A stretch of DNA of 64,000 nt from Vicugna vicugna (taxonomy: Eukaryota): positions 62,001 through 126,000 of the forward strand of contig MU058139.1 of assembly GCA_013265495.1 (NCBI GenBank), read 5' to 3'. Shown piece by piece: positions 11,678 to 23,678 of the stretch (position 1 is its first letter; each line of letters starts with the position of its first letter). The notes beneath the pieces are model-generated. The model was not told the origin of the DNA. It saw nothing but the letters and a program-made list of their open reading frames with translations, and did no database searches. Position numbers and translations under genes: made by a program.

Positions 11678-11877
11678 TTGGTGCAAAATCAGGGATTTCA
11701 TCCGTATCCTCCAAGATGGTTTCTACAAGTTCACAGACACAAAACACTTCCATGACCATCATTTTTCCATCTCAAAAGAAAAAAAAGTTCAGAGAAAAAG
11801 ACAAACTTCTAGAATTCTCTTTGAATCTTTTTTGTGGGGAAAGCAGATTGTAGTTTCCCATAAAACTATATATGCAT
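11678..11877 (+). pseudogene. Fossil exon f (phase 2-1, fully open; missing from the ORF track because it has no start codon)
   Basis: ggttttcacag|T TGG...GCA T|gtaatg; WCKIRDFIRILQDGFYKFTDTKHFHDHHFSISKEKKVQRKRQTSRILFESFLWGKQIVVSHKTIYA. Confidence 0.7.
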
Positions 11878-12481
11878 GTAATGTATAATTTCGTCAAAGT
11901 CTAATGCACCATCTCTGACTCTGGGGATGTAGGATGGACAAGGATGTTAACTAACATATGGAGGGAAAACCTAGTGCCCCCCTCCCAAAAACAAAACAGT
12001 TCAAATCGATGTTAGACAAAGACATGAAGTGTTATTGGTCACTTGATCCAAAAAGCAGGACAAAACCAGCCAAGTTCTAAAGCCAGACCTTATTTGAGAG
12101 AGAGCTAAGTGATGCCATCACAATTTTAGTTACTGGCTGAGTGAGAGCCTAAGAAAACAAGCAGGTTTTTGCCCTGTGTCCTATAATGTTGTTTTTACCA
12201 TTTTTTTTTTCTGGATAGAGAGGAAAATCATGCCAGAGCTAGAAAATTTGCAAGTGCTTTGGCATCCTGGGAATTTACTCAGCTTATTCTGAGAAGGTCA
12301 TTAAGTTCCCAAGGGGTAGACTTTTTTTCAGAAGATATTTAGGTAATGGGTCTAAATAATAATAACTTTGTTTAATAGCATACTTTTCTTTGAAAGAACC
12401 AAAGAATTTTTTTAAAACAATTTTTGATTTGTCTTGATAGTAACCTATGATGTTGAGAAGGGAATACTGCTTATCTTACAG

Positions 12482-12734
12482 CCATGATCTCTTTTCTGTC
12501 TATTTGGGAAAAATAAAAGAACTCCATCCCACTTACTTCAAAACTGACTAATGAATTGACCAGTCCTTCCAAAAATCTGGAGACGCTTTAGCTCTGCTAT
12601 ATCACATTCATTTAACCAGAGAGACGATTTTCTTCAGAATCCTGAATATTAAATTTAATTTCGGTTCTGTTGGATTAATTCAGAATTTAAAACATACCCT
12701 CTCAAAACTTTGGCTTCTGTGTATGTTTACAAAG
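12482..12734 (+). pseudogene. Fossil exon g (phase 1-1, three TAA stops, one +1 in an A run)
   Basis: cttatcttacag|...AAA G|gtcagt; SMISFLSIWEK*KNSIPLTSKLTNELTSPSK/IWRRFSSAISHSFNQRDDFLQNPEY*I*FRFCWINSEFKTYPLKTLASVYVYK. Confidence 0.65.
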
Positions 12735-13469
12735 GTCAGTATGATTTGTAGGGGTTAGAAATTAAAATGAAAATCACTCTGCTAAAGGGAAAAAGCTCAG
12801 TACAAAAGATACAAAACTATATTCTTTTAATTACAAAAAAGACAAAGTATTAGGGAAAAAAATAAACACATAAATTAAAGTACTCCTACACAAAGCCATG
12901 TGGCAGATGGAAGGAAATATAAGATGGCGTAATGATAAAACTAAGAAGGCAAAAGGATTAAGACAATTCATTAAAGTGATAGAAATAAGTAAAGAAAGAC
13001 CGTTTCGAGTTAACTGTAGCAGAATAAAGGGATTGGCAGCCCTGTCTATTTCTGCTGCAGTGGTTTCTAAAATATTGAGAAAGGCTTTGTGTTTCTAATT
13101 AGCTCAGTACTAGAAATATGTCCTCTAATGTGACTCATATGGCTACGGGGAATTGCTAGAACAGAATGATGGAATTTGAGCTTAATATAGATTAAAATAT
13201 ACTTTTTCTATCATAAATTATGAAAAACTGTCCTGAAACAGTTTTGTCATTTAGTCACCTGTCATCGCTAGCACTGTAGGTGTTTCTGCATGTGTGCAGG
13301 GAATGCAGTGCTGTGATGTTGGCATGTCTGATCAGGGGTTTTCTTTTGCTGACTTTGGGTTGGTTGTCATCATCCTTGACTAATGAACCCTAAGCAGTGA
13401 TAATGATAACCAGGCATAACTTGGATGTCCTTACAGGAATTGGAGTCTGGCCCAGATGGGAAAGCTAAT

Positions 13470-13680
13470 GGTAATCATGATGGTAGCTGATGTGTATTTA
13501 GTGTCTGCTACTTGCCATGTGTTAACTTATGGAGTCCTCACAACCCTGTTAGACATATGAAGAAACTGAGGCACAGAGAAGTTAAGCAACTTGCTCAAGC
13601 TCACACAGCCAGGAAGTGGTAGACCTGGGATTTGAACCCAGGACTTTCTGCTACAGGCCCCACACTTCAGACTTCACTGG
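13470..13680 (-). mobile_element. MIR SINE
   Basis: Core gaagaaactgaggcacagagaagttaagcaacttgctcaag...ctgggatttgaacccagg. Confidence 0.85.
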
Positions 13681-13801
13681 ACTGGGGTATTTCTGCTGGT
13701 GTTTTTTTTTTTTTTTTTTTTGCACTACTGCTGGTGGTGTCCTGAAGTCTCTGAAGTTCTTATCATATTGTCTTGTCTAACTCTTTTTTTTTCCTGTTCA
13801 G

Positions 13802-14045
13802 ATGCAGCCACAAAATACTTGTGATTCAGAGAATATGGTGCCCTTAATGAATCATCAACACATCTATGGGCCTTGTAGGGGTTTTCTGTGGAGATCTCAT
13901 TTCTTAATTCTGACTCAGTCCACCAGAGTGATTTGATAGTTACAGCATATCACCCCTGCATGCAATTAAATGAACAAAAACCCTTACCCACATTTGCTAG
14001 TGGAAAAGAAAGAAACTGACCACATTTCTGGAACACATCGCCTCT
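13802..14045 (+). pseudogene. Fossil exon h (phase 1-0, three stops, one -1 in an A run)
   Basis: ttttcctgttcag|AT GCA...TCT|gtaaga; DAATKYL*FREYGALNESSTHLWAL*GFSVEISFLNSDSVHQSDLIVTAYHPCMQLNEQK/TLTHIC*WKRKKLTTFLEHIAS. Confidence 0.7.
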
Positions 14046-14689
14046 GTAAGAACAACTTCTGTCCATACTTAGTCACTCTCTGTTTGTTTGAATTTTAGGG
14101 AGATTAATTAACATTTGGGGTACTAATATTGTACAGGCCAAGAATAATGAAAGACTTGTGTGAAATGAGAGATTCAGTGAACTACAAACCAAGATTCCTA
14201 AAGCCAAAGTCAAGAGACATTACTAATAACACATGTGAGCTTACCACCCAGTTTTAAACATTTCTTGCACAACACTAATCCTATTGCTGTTGTATATCAG
14301 ATTTTTCCAAGTAATGCTCACTTACACCAGCTCTATGTCAAAACGGAGCATCCTTAAAGTACTTCATATATGTCTAAGGGCAACGTATATCACAGTCCCT
14401 TGGAGATACAGAAGGGAAAAAAAATGCCTGAAAATGTAACAGCCCAATGAAATTCTAACTCAGCAGTGGCACAATTACTTAACAGAATGGAATATTCTAC
14501 AGAGAACCAGTGACCACCTTCAGTCAATGTATTTTGAGTCCTACTGTGGGTCAGGTTCTCTGCCATGTGCTAAGGACCTTGAAATGAATAAAGCACCTAC
14601 TTGTGCACAGAGGGCACTCAGTCTGCCCACCACATCTCTGCTAAATCCTTTTGTCTCTGTGTCTTGCCTGATCTTGCCGTCATGTTGAG

Positions 14690-14944
14690 ATCCAGTTCAG
14701 GAGGTCCAGAATGCCCCCGTTCAAGTCAGAGTGAAATAACAACGACTCTTACTCTGAAATCCATGGAAATGTCAAGTTCACTGTTTTGTTCCCCTCGATA
14801 AAATAGAGCATAATAACTAGTTGCCGGGTTACTACATAAAACACAGGCCCCAAACGGCAGCCGGGAAGAGCAGTTAGCAATTAAGTGAAGGAAATGACTA
14901 GTGGGTTTGAAACCCAACACACTGCCTGGGTACTTCTTAGCAGA
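14690..14944 (+). pseudogene. Fossil exon i (255 nt, phase 0-0, four stops, weak gag acceptor)
   Basis: IQFRRSRMPPFKSE*NNNDSYSEIHGNVKFTVLFPSIK*...HTAWVLLSR|gtgagg. Confidence 0.5.
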
Positions 14945-15099
14945 GTGAGGCATCTAGGTTACTCAGGCAACTTTTATCACTAAGGAAGTCGTTTTGGTGA
15001 CTCATGCTCATACAGAATGACTTCTTCCCAAATCTGTGTATTCGGTGACCTTACCATTATCCTTATGTTTTCTCTTTCTCTCTTTTTTTTTTTTTTTTT

Positions 15100-15252
15100 G
15101 GCACTGGGACATAAAAACTACATTGGGATGGCATTGGTTTATCACTAAGGAGCCTTATCCTTCTCTGGCTGGACCGTATTTTGAAATTGAATGGACTCGT
15201 GGTGATCAGAGTGAAAGCTCAGTGGTTCCCGCAACATTTTGATGTATGAAAG
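15100..15252 (+). pseudogene. Fossil exon j (153 nt, phase 0-0; acceptor AG lost in a poly-T tract)
   Basis: KLHWDGIGLSLRSLILLWLDRILKLNGLVVIRVKAQWFPQHFDV*K|gtagaa. Confidence 0.55.
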
Positions 15253-15339
15253 GTAGAACTCAAAGCATATTTTCTAAGCAGAAACGTTATATCTTGTAAT
15301 AACAACACTTCCTGTCAGTAATTTTTTTATTTCTGTAAG

Positions 15340-15600
15340 CAGGTCTGTCACACTTTTGAGAAATACACTAGAATACTGAAGTAATTTATACCATACATAA
15401 AATGTCTTAATTTTCCCCGAAGAGATGAAAAATGGAATTAAAATTATCTGAGATTACCTAGAGATGATCATCACAAAAATAAAGGAAACTGAAGAAAACA
15501 CTTTTGCCAGCTTCTTTCTATGGATTTTCAGTCTACCTGTTTGAGTTTCCAACAGTATTTGTTCATGGACAATTGATATATTTTTTTCTGTTAAAAAATG
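15340..15600 (+). pseudogene. Fossil exon k (3' end uncertain)
   Basis: tttatttctgtaag|CAG; QVCHTFEKYTRILK*FIPYIKCLNFPRRDEKWN*NYLRLPRDDHHKNKGN*RKHFCQLLSMDFQSTCLSFQ. Confidence 0.4.
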
Positions 15601-16075
15601 GTGGAAATGGTGTAGAAAAAAATGAGTTAATTAAAAGAGTTATAGGTTGATAATGTGTTTGGAGGATTATATGGAAGAACTTACTATTGAGGGATGAAGA
15701 AAGCTGGGAGGCAAGTGTCCGAGATGACGCTGGGTTAGAACAGGAGCAGCCTGGCGTGGTCCCCAGATTTTTCTGGGAGCCTCGTAATGCCAGCCTTCAG
15801 TGTGGTCAGCCTAAGGCTCACCTGAATCATTTTTGTGTCTTTTGTCCTAACTCCAGAAACCATGCCGTGCGTCTCAAAATTTGGACAGTGGGACTTGAGC
15901 TATTTTCATTTTGCTTTCAATTTAGTCTTTTTCTGTTTTTAATTTTGTGGCTGGAAAAGCTTGAAAAAGGCAGTGAGTCATGACAGCTGTTTCTTTTTCC
16001 TCCACTAGAAGGCTTAGCAGCCGAACACTTTTCCGTGGGGACCCTTTAAGGGAACGTTTGGGAGAAATACTTGGC

Positions 16076-16269
16076 CAGGGGTTCCCACAAAGTGTGATCC
16101 CCAGATCAGCAGCACATTAGCATCACCTGGAAATCTGTTAGAAGTGCCAAGCACCAGTCCCCACTCCAGACCTGACTGAATCAGAAATGGTGGGGGCTGC
16201 ACCCCACGATCTGTGTTTCAACAAGGCATCTAGATGATTCTGAGGAACACTGAAGTCTGACAACCACTG
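16076..16269. mobile_element. MER5A-like hAT-Charlie DNA transposon
   Basis: cagggg...agcatcacctggaaatctgttagaa...ctgaatcagaa...aaccactg termini. Confidence 0.85.
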
Positions 16270-16482
16270 TGCCAGTGAATTGTTCCTATTTGTGGCCATG
16301 AAGAGTGTGAAAAATACAGGGGTTGGAACGTGAGGATGTTTACGAGTCTCAGCTTATGAGGAGCTGAAGAAGGGATAGAAAAGTGTGCTTTAACTTCTGC
16401 AATTCAAAAAAGGGGGAAAAAAAGTAAAGCATGGAATTTAGTTAGCAGGACTAATTCCTTGCTCGAGGCTTTGTTTTCTCAG

Positions 16483-16734
16483 AGAAGAGCGATTCAGACA
16501 GCTAGGTTACTGTGAAATATATTGGCATGGTTCTGAAGTTCTAGAATAATCTCTCCACTGAGAAAAGGAATGCCTTTCCATATTAGGACACAAATGCAGC
16601 TCAGTTTTGTAAAATCCTATAAGATTCTTGGATTCCACTGAGTTGGCCAGCTCATTAACTTGTGGGGGCCCTAGTGTCTACATCTGAAAACCATATGCAT
16701 TATTACTTGCCATGAATTAGCTCATCGGCACAAA
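16483..16734 (+). pseudogene. Fossil exon l (252 nt, phase 0-0, no frameshift, four stops)
   Basis: tttgttttctcag|AGA...AAA|gtgagg; RRAIQTARLL*NILAWF*SSRIISPLRKGMPFHIRTQMQLSFVKSYKILGFH*VGQLINLWGP*CLHLKTICIITCHELAHRHK. Confidence 0.65.
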
Positions 16735-16895
16735 GTGAGGGATAGAGTATGTGTAAGAGGATTTGTGAAGCCTTTTGATTCCTGAAAAATGCAAAGTATA
16801 AGCATTCCAATCAAGAATGATTAATATAAATATTGATGGTAAAGAAGGGATTCAAAGGTGCTACAAAAATAGGTTGATATGCCAATTTCCCTTTT

Positions 16896-17068
16896 AAAAA
16901 AATTTTCAGAGGAGAGGAGATAAATAGGCTTTTATTTATTTACTTTGGGGGGAGAGGAGGTAATTAGGCTTTTATTTATTTAATTTTTAATGGAGGTGCT
17001 GGGGATTGAACCCAGGACCTCATGCATGCTAAGCACACGCTCTGCCACTGAGCTATACCTTCCCCTCT
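16896..17068 (-). mobile_element. tRNA-derived SINE (camelid-type) with duplicated tail and TSD
   Basis: ggggattgaacccaggacctcatgcatgctaagcacacgctctgccactgagctatacc; flanked by caatttcccttt / caattcccttt. Confidence 0.85.
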
Positions 17069-17439
17069 CAATTCCCTTTGATATGTGCTCCTTTTAGCCT
17101 GGCTCTGTCATTTACTCATGTTTAATGTTGAATAAATCACAACTTTTAAAAGCTTTCATTTTAATTTCCTCATCAAAAACAGTATTCCTGATACATACTC
17201 ATGGGGTTGGTGTGCAAAGACAATTAGGTTAAAATACGAAAATGCAGGTTTGGAAGCTCAAACATCACAAATTTTAGATCTTGTTGTGATTGTGATTATT
17301 TCATGGTTGGATTGAGAAAGCTCCGTGGCTGTTGACAAAATGACATCACCCAGGAGTTGGGAGTGGGTATGTATGTCAGCAGGTTTTATGATTACAAAAA
17401 AAAAAACCGATGTTTACCTTTCTACTAATTCTCCTTCAG

Positions 17440-17587
17440 TGGAATGTTTCCATTTTCTCATGAAACGGGGGAGATTCACGTATGCTTTATTAAGGAAAGC
17501 AAGCCTGATATTTTTTATCCTTTGAACTGCGAGGCTTACATATCATTCATTCTTTCAGGGAAAGATGGCAGACTTGAGTCAGGCCGG
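17440..17587 (+). pseudogene. Fossil exon m (3' boundary uncertain, abuts a MIR)
   Basis: ctaattctccttcag| (branch point plus acceptor); GEIHVCFIKESKPDIFYPLNCEAYISFILSG; candidate donor CGG|gtaaat. Confidence 0.45.
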
Positions 17588-18263
17588 GTAAATTCCCAAT
17601 CCTCAACTGTGGGTAAACCTCAGTTTCCTCATAGGTGAAATGGGGGTGGTAAATAATACAGATTTGTATGAAGATGAGATGAGAATTGTATATAAAATAC
17701 ACATTAGAGCAGCTAGAACAGGGTAGGTGCTGAATAATATGGGGTTTTGTTACTATTACTGTTAAACTGAAGCATCAAGAAGACGGGAAAAGGTTATGTT
17801 TGAAAGTCAAGGGCAAGAGAGGATAAGTCAAAGGCAAGAGGACAGCTTTTCAAATGGTCTGAACACCTTGCACATGAAAACCCAAGCAAGTCCCATGGCT
17901 GTTCTGGTCACTTTGATGAAAATCAAATGCTTCTCTGATGGCTTCTACTGAGAAAATTAACAATAGTGATTTATAATGTTCACGTCCGTGTAATCATCAA
18001 AATCACAGTCTTGCTTTAAAGTTACATGTCTTCGCTCCCCCAGCTTGAATGCACAGCAGGCAAAGGGGCTGTAGGAAATGGGAATGCTGGGTTTCTCTCT
18101 CTCTCTGCTCCCCCTCCCCCCTCCCCATCTTGCTAATGGAAGTTTCTTGCCCCTCTATAGAGGGGAAAAGGTTGGGGAGGTCAAGTTCTTACTTGACAAG
18201 TACAGTCGGTGATCTGGCATATCTCTCCATTTGGCATGTGTTTAAAATTGGCTCTTTTTCTAG

Positions 18264-18595
18264 CAGGTGCTTCTTTGGCTCCCTAAGGCCCCTTAACTTG
18301 CAGAAGTGCATTTGTATTTGGTCATCCACAGCCTCTAGGATGTCACTCAGAAGGACACTCCTCATCGCTTTTTTGCTTTGGTACCTTCTTTCCAGCAAGT
18401 GGTCCTTGAACAGGATCTGGGAAGGCTAGCTCTCTCCTGCGTGGCTCAGATCTGGTCCAGGGGAAAGACTTGACCTTCCAAAGCTCAGAGGGGACAATTT
18501 TAAACTCCCTGGGGTGGAGGGGTCCTTTGAAGCTCTTTGCCTTACACTTGCAATGAGTAGCAAAACAGCCCCCCAAAGATCTTCTAGGGAGAAAG
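18264..18595 (+). pseudogene. Fossil exon n (332 nt = 110 codons plus two +1 homopolymer insertions, phase 0-0)
   Basis: ctctttttctag|CAG...AAG|gtcagt; QVLLWLPKAP*LAEVHLYLVIHSL*DVTQKDTPHRFFALVPSFQQVVLEQDLGRLALSCVAQIWSRGKT*PSKAQR/DNFKLPGVEGSFEALCLTLAMSSKTAP/KDLLGRK. Confidence 0.75.
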
Positions 18596-19247
18596 GTCAG
18601 TCCACACAGCCTGCTGGCAACTTTCTCCCAAAACCTTCATCTTCAGAAATTTCCAGCACACTTTATCTTTGAGATGGGCAAACAGTTAACATGAGTTACA
18701 TAACCTTCTTGGAATGCTTCCTTTGAAAATGTTGCTTTATACTGTTGTATTTCACTTTGGAATGTGGTGTCTAGCGTTCAGTGCATTAGTCAAAACTTGC
18801 ACTTTAACTCATCTTAAAGTCAAAAGGGGAGAGGATCGCTTTGGGGATGCTTTGACTTCACAGACCATCTCCCCAGAGTTACTGGTGATGCAGAGGAGAA
18901 GATGGTTTATCTATGCAAGTGTTGTAATTGGTACTCTCATGCGTGTCCACCTCTAATCACAAGGAAAGCTGTAAATGTCAGTGAGCAGTGTTTCCTCATA
19001 GGCAGGTTTTTTTGGTTGTTGTTTTTTGTGTTTTAAGCAGCTGGCTTTTATCACTTGAGACTGATTTATGTTATTGTTTTGGGAGCTAAAATATGTTTAA
19101 AAATGCTGTTCCCATGAAGTTAAATGTCAATTTTTATCAGTTGTATAATGGTCCTAGAGTCCCATATGTATTAAAATAAACTCATTTCAAGACAAATTAA
19201 ACAAAATATTTTATGTATTGTGTTTAAATTATTATTTTGCATTTCAG

Positions 19248-19502
19248 GCATTGACTTTTTTTCCCTCTGGAAAGTGTAATGATTTATTGATGACAGCTCA
19301 GAATAATGTGTGAAAAGAGGTGGACGAGATACTTAGATTTATATTTAGTGTTTAATCATGGCAAATGTCAAGGACCATTTTTTTTTTCTGTTTATGTCCA
19401 GCAATCATCTTTTCACGTTCTTTATTGTCAAATGTGCCCTTCCTGGATAACTTTATATTTGTCACCCCTCAAAAAGGGAGTGATGGAATAACTTTTAAAA
19501 AT
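19248..19502 (+). pseudogene. Fossil exon o (255 nt, phase 0-0, two stops)
   Basis: ttttgcatttcag|GCA...AAT|gtaaaa; ALTFFPSGKCNDLLMTAQNNV*KEVDEILRFIFSV*SWQMSRTIFFFCLCPAIIFSRSLLSNVPFLDNFIFVTPQKGSDGITFKN. Confidence 0.7.
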
Positions 19503-20182
19503 GTAAAACACTCATATACATATGTGTACAAATATATGCCACTCTGAGCTTGTGCCAAAAATTTCTGTGTTTACCTTACGATGGAGGCGACTATCTGACT
19601 ATAATATGAATATGGACTTGTAATTGGAGTGCCATGTAAGCTTCCTGTGTTGGTGTTTTTATAGATCCCAGATATTAATGTGAAAATTTTATAGACCTAT
19701 CAAAACTTGCTGAGTATTTGAAAACTTGGTCTATGAATTCCATTTCTCTAATAATTCTTGATATCAATTTGGTTATTTTTTTAAAGTATGCTTAAATGGC
19801 ATGGTAAATTTAGGGTATTCAAATTCTGAGATAATGACTAAACACCTGTCCATGCACCCATGTACCCAAGGTCTCCTGAAATATTAGAATTTAGTGCTAA
19901 AATTGCCTTTAATTAAAAGCAAGTCATAATAGCAATAATAAAAGTTTTGACATTAATTTGAGTTGAAAAATAAAGCAAGGTCTGTATTTTGGTTCCTAAT
20001 TAGGAAAAATGAGAGAAAAATTTCATGTCTTGAAATACTTTCTATTTTATTACATTTTTATTATAAGTATATGGGGACAATATTAGTGATGCTTTATACC
20101 TTCATGATTTTTTTCTTTCCTCCCCTTTTCATTTTGTCTTCCCTCCCCTCCTCTCTTCTCCTTTCCTTTTCTCTCTTGATAG

Positions 20183-20367
20183 CAGATGATGGGTTTCGAA
20201 GACATGACAGTATCTGGTAAGATTCTCTGGATCTGTCAATTTTGAGCAATGTGAAGACATGGGGGCAAGAGTCGAAAAGGGAAAGAGCACGTGAGAGAGA
20301 TGGATTCTTACAGATTTTGTGCAACACTAATTTAAACAATGTTAAACGCACAGCTTGATGCATCAAG
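20183..20367 (+). pseudogene. Fossil exon p (phase 0-0, one -1, two stops)
   Basis: Long pyrimidine tract, gatag|CAG...AAG|gttggt; QMMGF/RRHDSIW*DSLDLSILSNVKTWGQESKRERARERDGFLQILCNTNLNNVKRTA*CIK. Confidence 0.65.
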
Positions 20368-20939
20368 GTTGGTGTAGGATGGCCCCAGTAGGTCTGAAAA
20401 GGACGGAAATGAGTAATAAGTGATACATTAGATAGAGCAAGATTTTAAAAAGGCTGTATTAAATTGAAAGCATCCATATGGACTTAGGACTTTAAAATTT
20501 TCCCCTCTAAAGCTGAAAGAGTCGGAAGAATCTCTAGTATCACACTGCCTAAACCCAGAAGGTGTGTGGGAAACCCTAATGTGTCCTGCTAGCCCTGGGT
20601 TTTGGTATCTTCCACTCTTCTCCTTGGAAAGGAACTTAGAGGATGACTGGTACCAGATCTTAGGAAAATATTGGAAAGAGCTTAGAACAGGAAGGCATAG
20701 CTAAGAAATGTTTGCAAAAGAAGAGGAGGAATTGTGAGGCCTCCTACTAGATGTGAGAATGCATTTCAAAGCTTCAGTAATTACAGGTGTGTTTCACCAG
20801 ACTTTTCCAAGAAGGGACAGTACCCCCAGATCACACTCACTTATAGTGTGTGGGACTGGAAGTATTAAAAACCAGTGTGAAAGGGGAAACTAGATTTTTA
20901 GAGAAAAGTTGAGTCTTAAGCATCACCTTGCATATTGTT

Positions 20940-21760
20940 GCAAAATAAATTTTAAAACTGAAATGTAAGGAAGAGAATGATATGTAGGTGAATTGAGCCA
21001 ATTTTTTCTATGTAAAGGGCCTTCTAAGCCTAAAAAGGCATAGCATAAGCCACAAAGGAAAAACATGCATATTTGGCTGCAGAAAATTAAGTACTTTTTT
21101 GTGTCATAAAATATTATCAGCCAAATTAAATGGAAAATGTGGAAATGGGAAGTGTTTTTGTAATTAATACATATGGCTGGTAGCTATAAAACTAACAACA
21201 AAAATAAAATTGTGATAATTCAAATAAGAAACACACATTATCCCAGTAGAAGTACAAATGTCACAAACAATTGACAAAAGAAAAAAACCTACAGATGATA
21301 ATAAACATATATAGTAAAACATCCTAAATATATAATAGTTTAGTTTTTGGATGTTCAGCAAAAAAAGGAAACATAAAAATGATATACAAATTTTTGATCT
21401 ATAAGATGGACTAGGGTTAAAAATGGCAGCATTTCTTCATGAGGATACGGTGGGTCAGCATCCTTAGCTCCCGCTGATGGGAATTTGGGCTCTGCAGTCT
21501 TTTTGAAGATGAGTTTTGACCAGTTGCATCAAGGGCTTATGTAATAATTATCAACTTTTCACCAAGTAACCCCACTTTTAGACTCGATCTGGTGAAACTA
21601 TCAGAGAACATTTGAATAGTAACATACGAGCGTGTATATCACACTGTTGATGGAGTGAAACACTAAAGCCTCTTAAATTTTCAATAGTGAGAGAATAGAG
21701 AAATACATCATTGCTTATGTGTTACAGAAACAAGGCAGGAAAGGGATTCAGTAAACTGTT
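20940..21760 (+). mobile_element. Ancient L1 (L1ME-like) ORF2 3' fragment
   Basis: A-rich degenerate L1 text (ccttctaagc...aagccacaaaggaaaaa...gctgatgggaat). Confidence 0.6.
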
Positions 21761-22124
21761 ACAAGTGGTTTTTTTTAGGGGTAAGGGTAGAATCAAGGTT
21801 TCATAGAAGGATGTATCTTTTTCCTTTTTTGTATGTTTATAATTTGTCTTACCCCTCAAAATTAGCAGGTATTATTTCTAAAATTCAGGAAAATGAAGAT
21901 AACACTTAAAAATTATATATCTCTTTGATATATTTAATGAAATGCAGAACTGGTAATGGTTAAATGCTTGGTGCAAAAACTCAAGGGGTAAAATATATAT
22001 AATAAGATTATGATTTTAGTAGAATATAGTGAGTGCAAAGACTGAAAGGAGATACTTCAAAATATTAGCCCTAAGTCCTCCCTGTAGTTTTCAAGTTTTC
22101 TTTTTTCTCTTTCATATATCTCAA

Positions 22125-22324
22125 CTTTCCAAATTATGCGTAATGGGTGTAAATCTTCGATCATTACTGAGAAAGAGCATGGTCAGAAGGGAAATTCTTC
22201 CAGTTGGCTTGGTCTTTCCATATAATGGGCATTCTGAAAGTACATGTATCAGCTCTCTTTCATGTTTGGTGATAATCAAAAATCTGTTTTCCAAATAATA
22301 ATGTCTCATCTCTGCAGGGAACAA
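22125..22324 (+). pseudogene. Fossil exon q (200 nt, phase 0-2; dead acceptor caa)
   Basis: LSKLCVMGVNLRSLLRKSMVRREILPVGLVFPYNGHSESTCISSLSCLVIIKNLFSK**CLISAGN AA|gtaaca. Confidence 0.55.
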
Positions 22325-23457
22325 GTAACATGATGAAACGACAGTCTGAAGCTTTTGGATTTTGAAACTGCGCACTCTACAAAGATACCTAAATACTGTT
22401 CTCTGCTCCTTTCTTTTCCCACTCTCTTCCAGGATTTAGATCTAAAATGAAAGGAGTGGAAAAAAAAAAAAAGATACGACATGCAGATTCCAGACACTTT
22501 TCCCCAACCAGAATGACTTTTAACTGCTAATGTGAATTTTTTTCCTCAAAATATATCAACTCTTTTATTTCATTAATTATTTGATGCCTTCCAGACTTTT
22601 TTTTTTAATATTGGTGCTATTTTATAATTTCTCTTCTTTTAAAAATGTGCTTCTGTGATTTGTAAATAAATCTGTTAACCCAGAGAATATTGGTTGGTGT
22701 GACATTGAGCAAATCATGTGAAGTGTTTTTCATTCTTTGTAATAAACTGGAATATCAAAAGAGAAAACCTGATAGGTCTAAAGTAGATTAATCAGCATTT
22801 TAAACATTCATAAAGTTCTTTGAGACTCAAAGGCCTATATTATCATTTATTATTGATATTATCCTAGTATTAAGAGATACTTTAGTCTGTTTCAGTCATT
22901 GCTACTCTCTGAATGACTAAACTTAGAACAAATCCCTTTGGAACTTGTACTATATTTTAACTGAGCAGTAATTACCTTAGATGGAAATGAAACACTAATA
23001 GCCTTGATCTGCAGGAGTAAATTTAACTCCAGAATATAGGGGTTAATGGCCTGTGGTGCATTCCAAATATGAACAGAAAGTTTGGGGGTAAGCTGGCTTC
23101 TGTTGTATATTTATATAAATGACTTTGAAAGCTGATAAAGTCAGTTTGAACAATTTTAAGTAAATACAAAGTTGGGTTTTTTGCTTACACAGTGAATAAA
23201 TATAGTAAGGGCAGTATTACATGATTTTATTGTATTTCATTTATTTTTATCACCATTGGATCATATGAGAATGATTCTAAGTGATACGGTTGTGTATCTA
23301 AACTACTACTTAACTAGCTAGGGTAAAGTGATCCTTGTGTATGATTTTTTCTCTGGATTCTAGTTTGTCAGTACTGATAACTGTATCAATTTTTAAAACA
23401 AGACTATGTGGAAAAATAAGGGCTTTTATGAGTGTATGTGTGTTTTCCTTTTCCTGG

Positions 23458-23678
23458 TATTGCTGGATCTGATTCGTGTGATTTGGTGACATCAAACAGT
23501 TCTGAATATTCGGGTAAATTACTAGAGCAAAGGAGAAAAGAACAGCTCTTGAAGGCATTACACTTTTATCTCCTATCTCCCCAGCATGAGTCTTGTTTTC
23601 ACACCTGAAAAGAATGAAGGCTGTAATAGGAAACAACAGAGAGAGATCCTGCTGGATAATATGCAAATTAGTCTCCTG
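23458..23678 (+). pseudogene. Fossil exon r (phase 2-0; dead acceptor tgg, one +1)
   Basis: IAGSDSCDLVTSNSSEYSGKLLEQRRKEQLLKALHFYLLSPQHESCFHT*/KNEGCNRKQQREILLDNMQISLL|gtaaga. Confidence 0.55.

Noticed and set aside
18189..18576. Minus-strand ORFs of 69 and 77 aa
   Set aside because: Antisense shadows of fossil exon n
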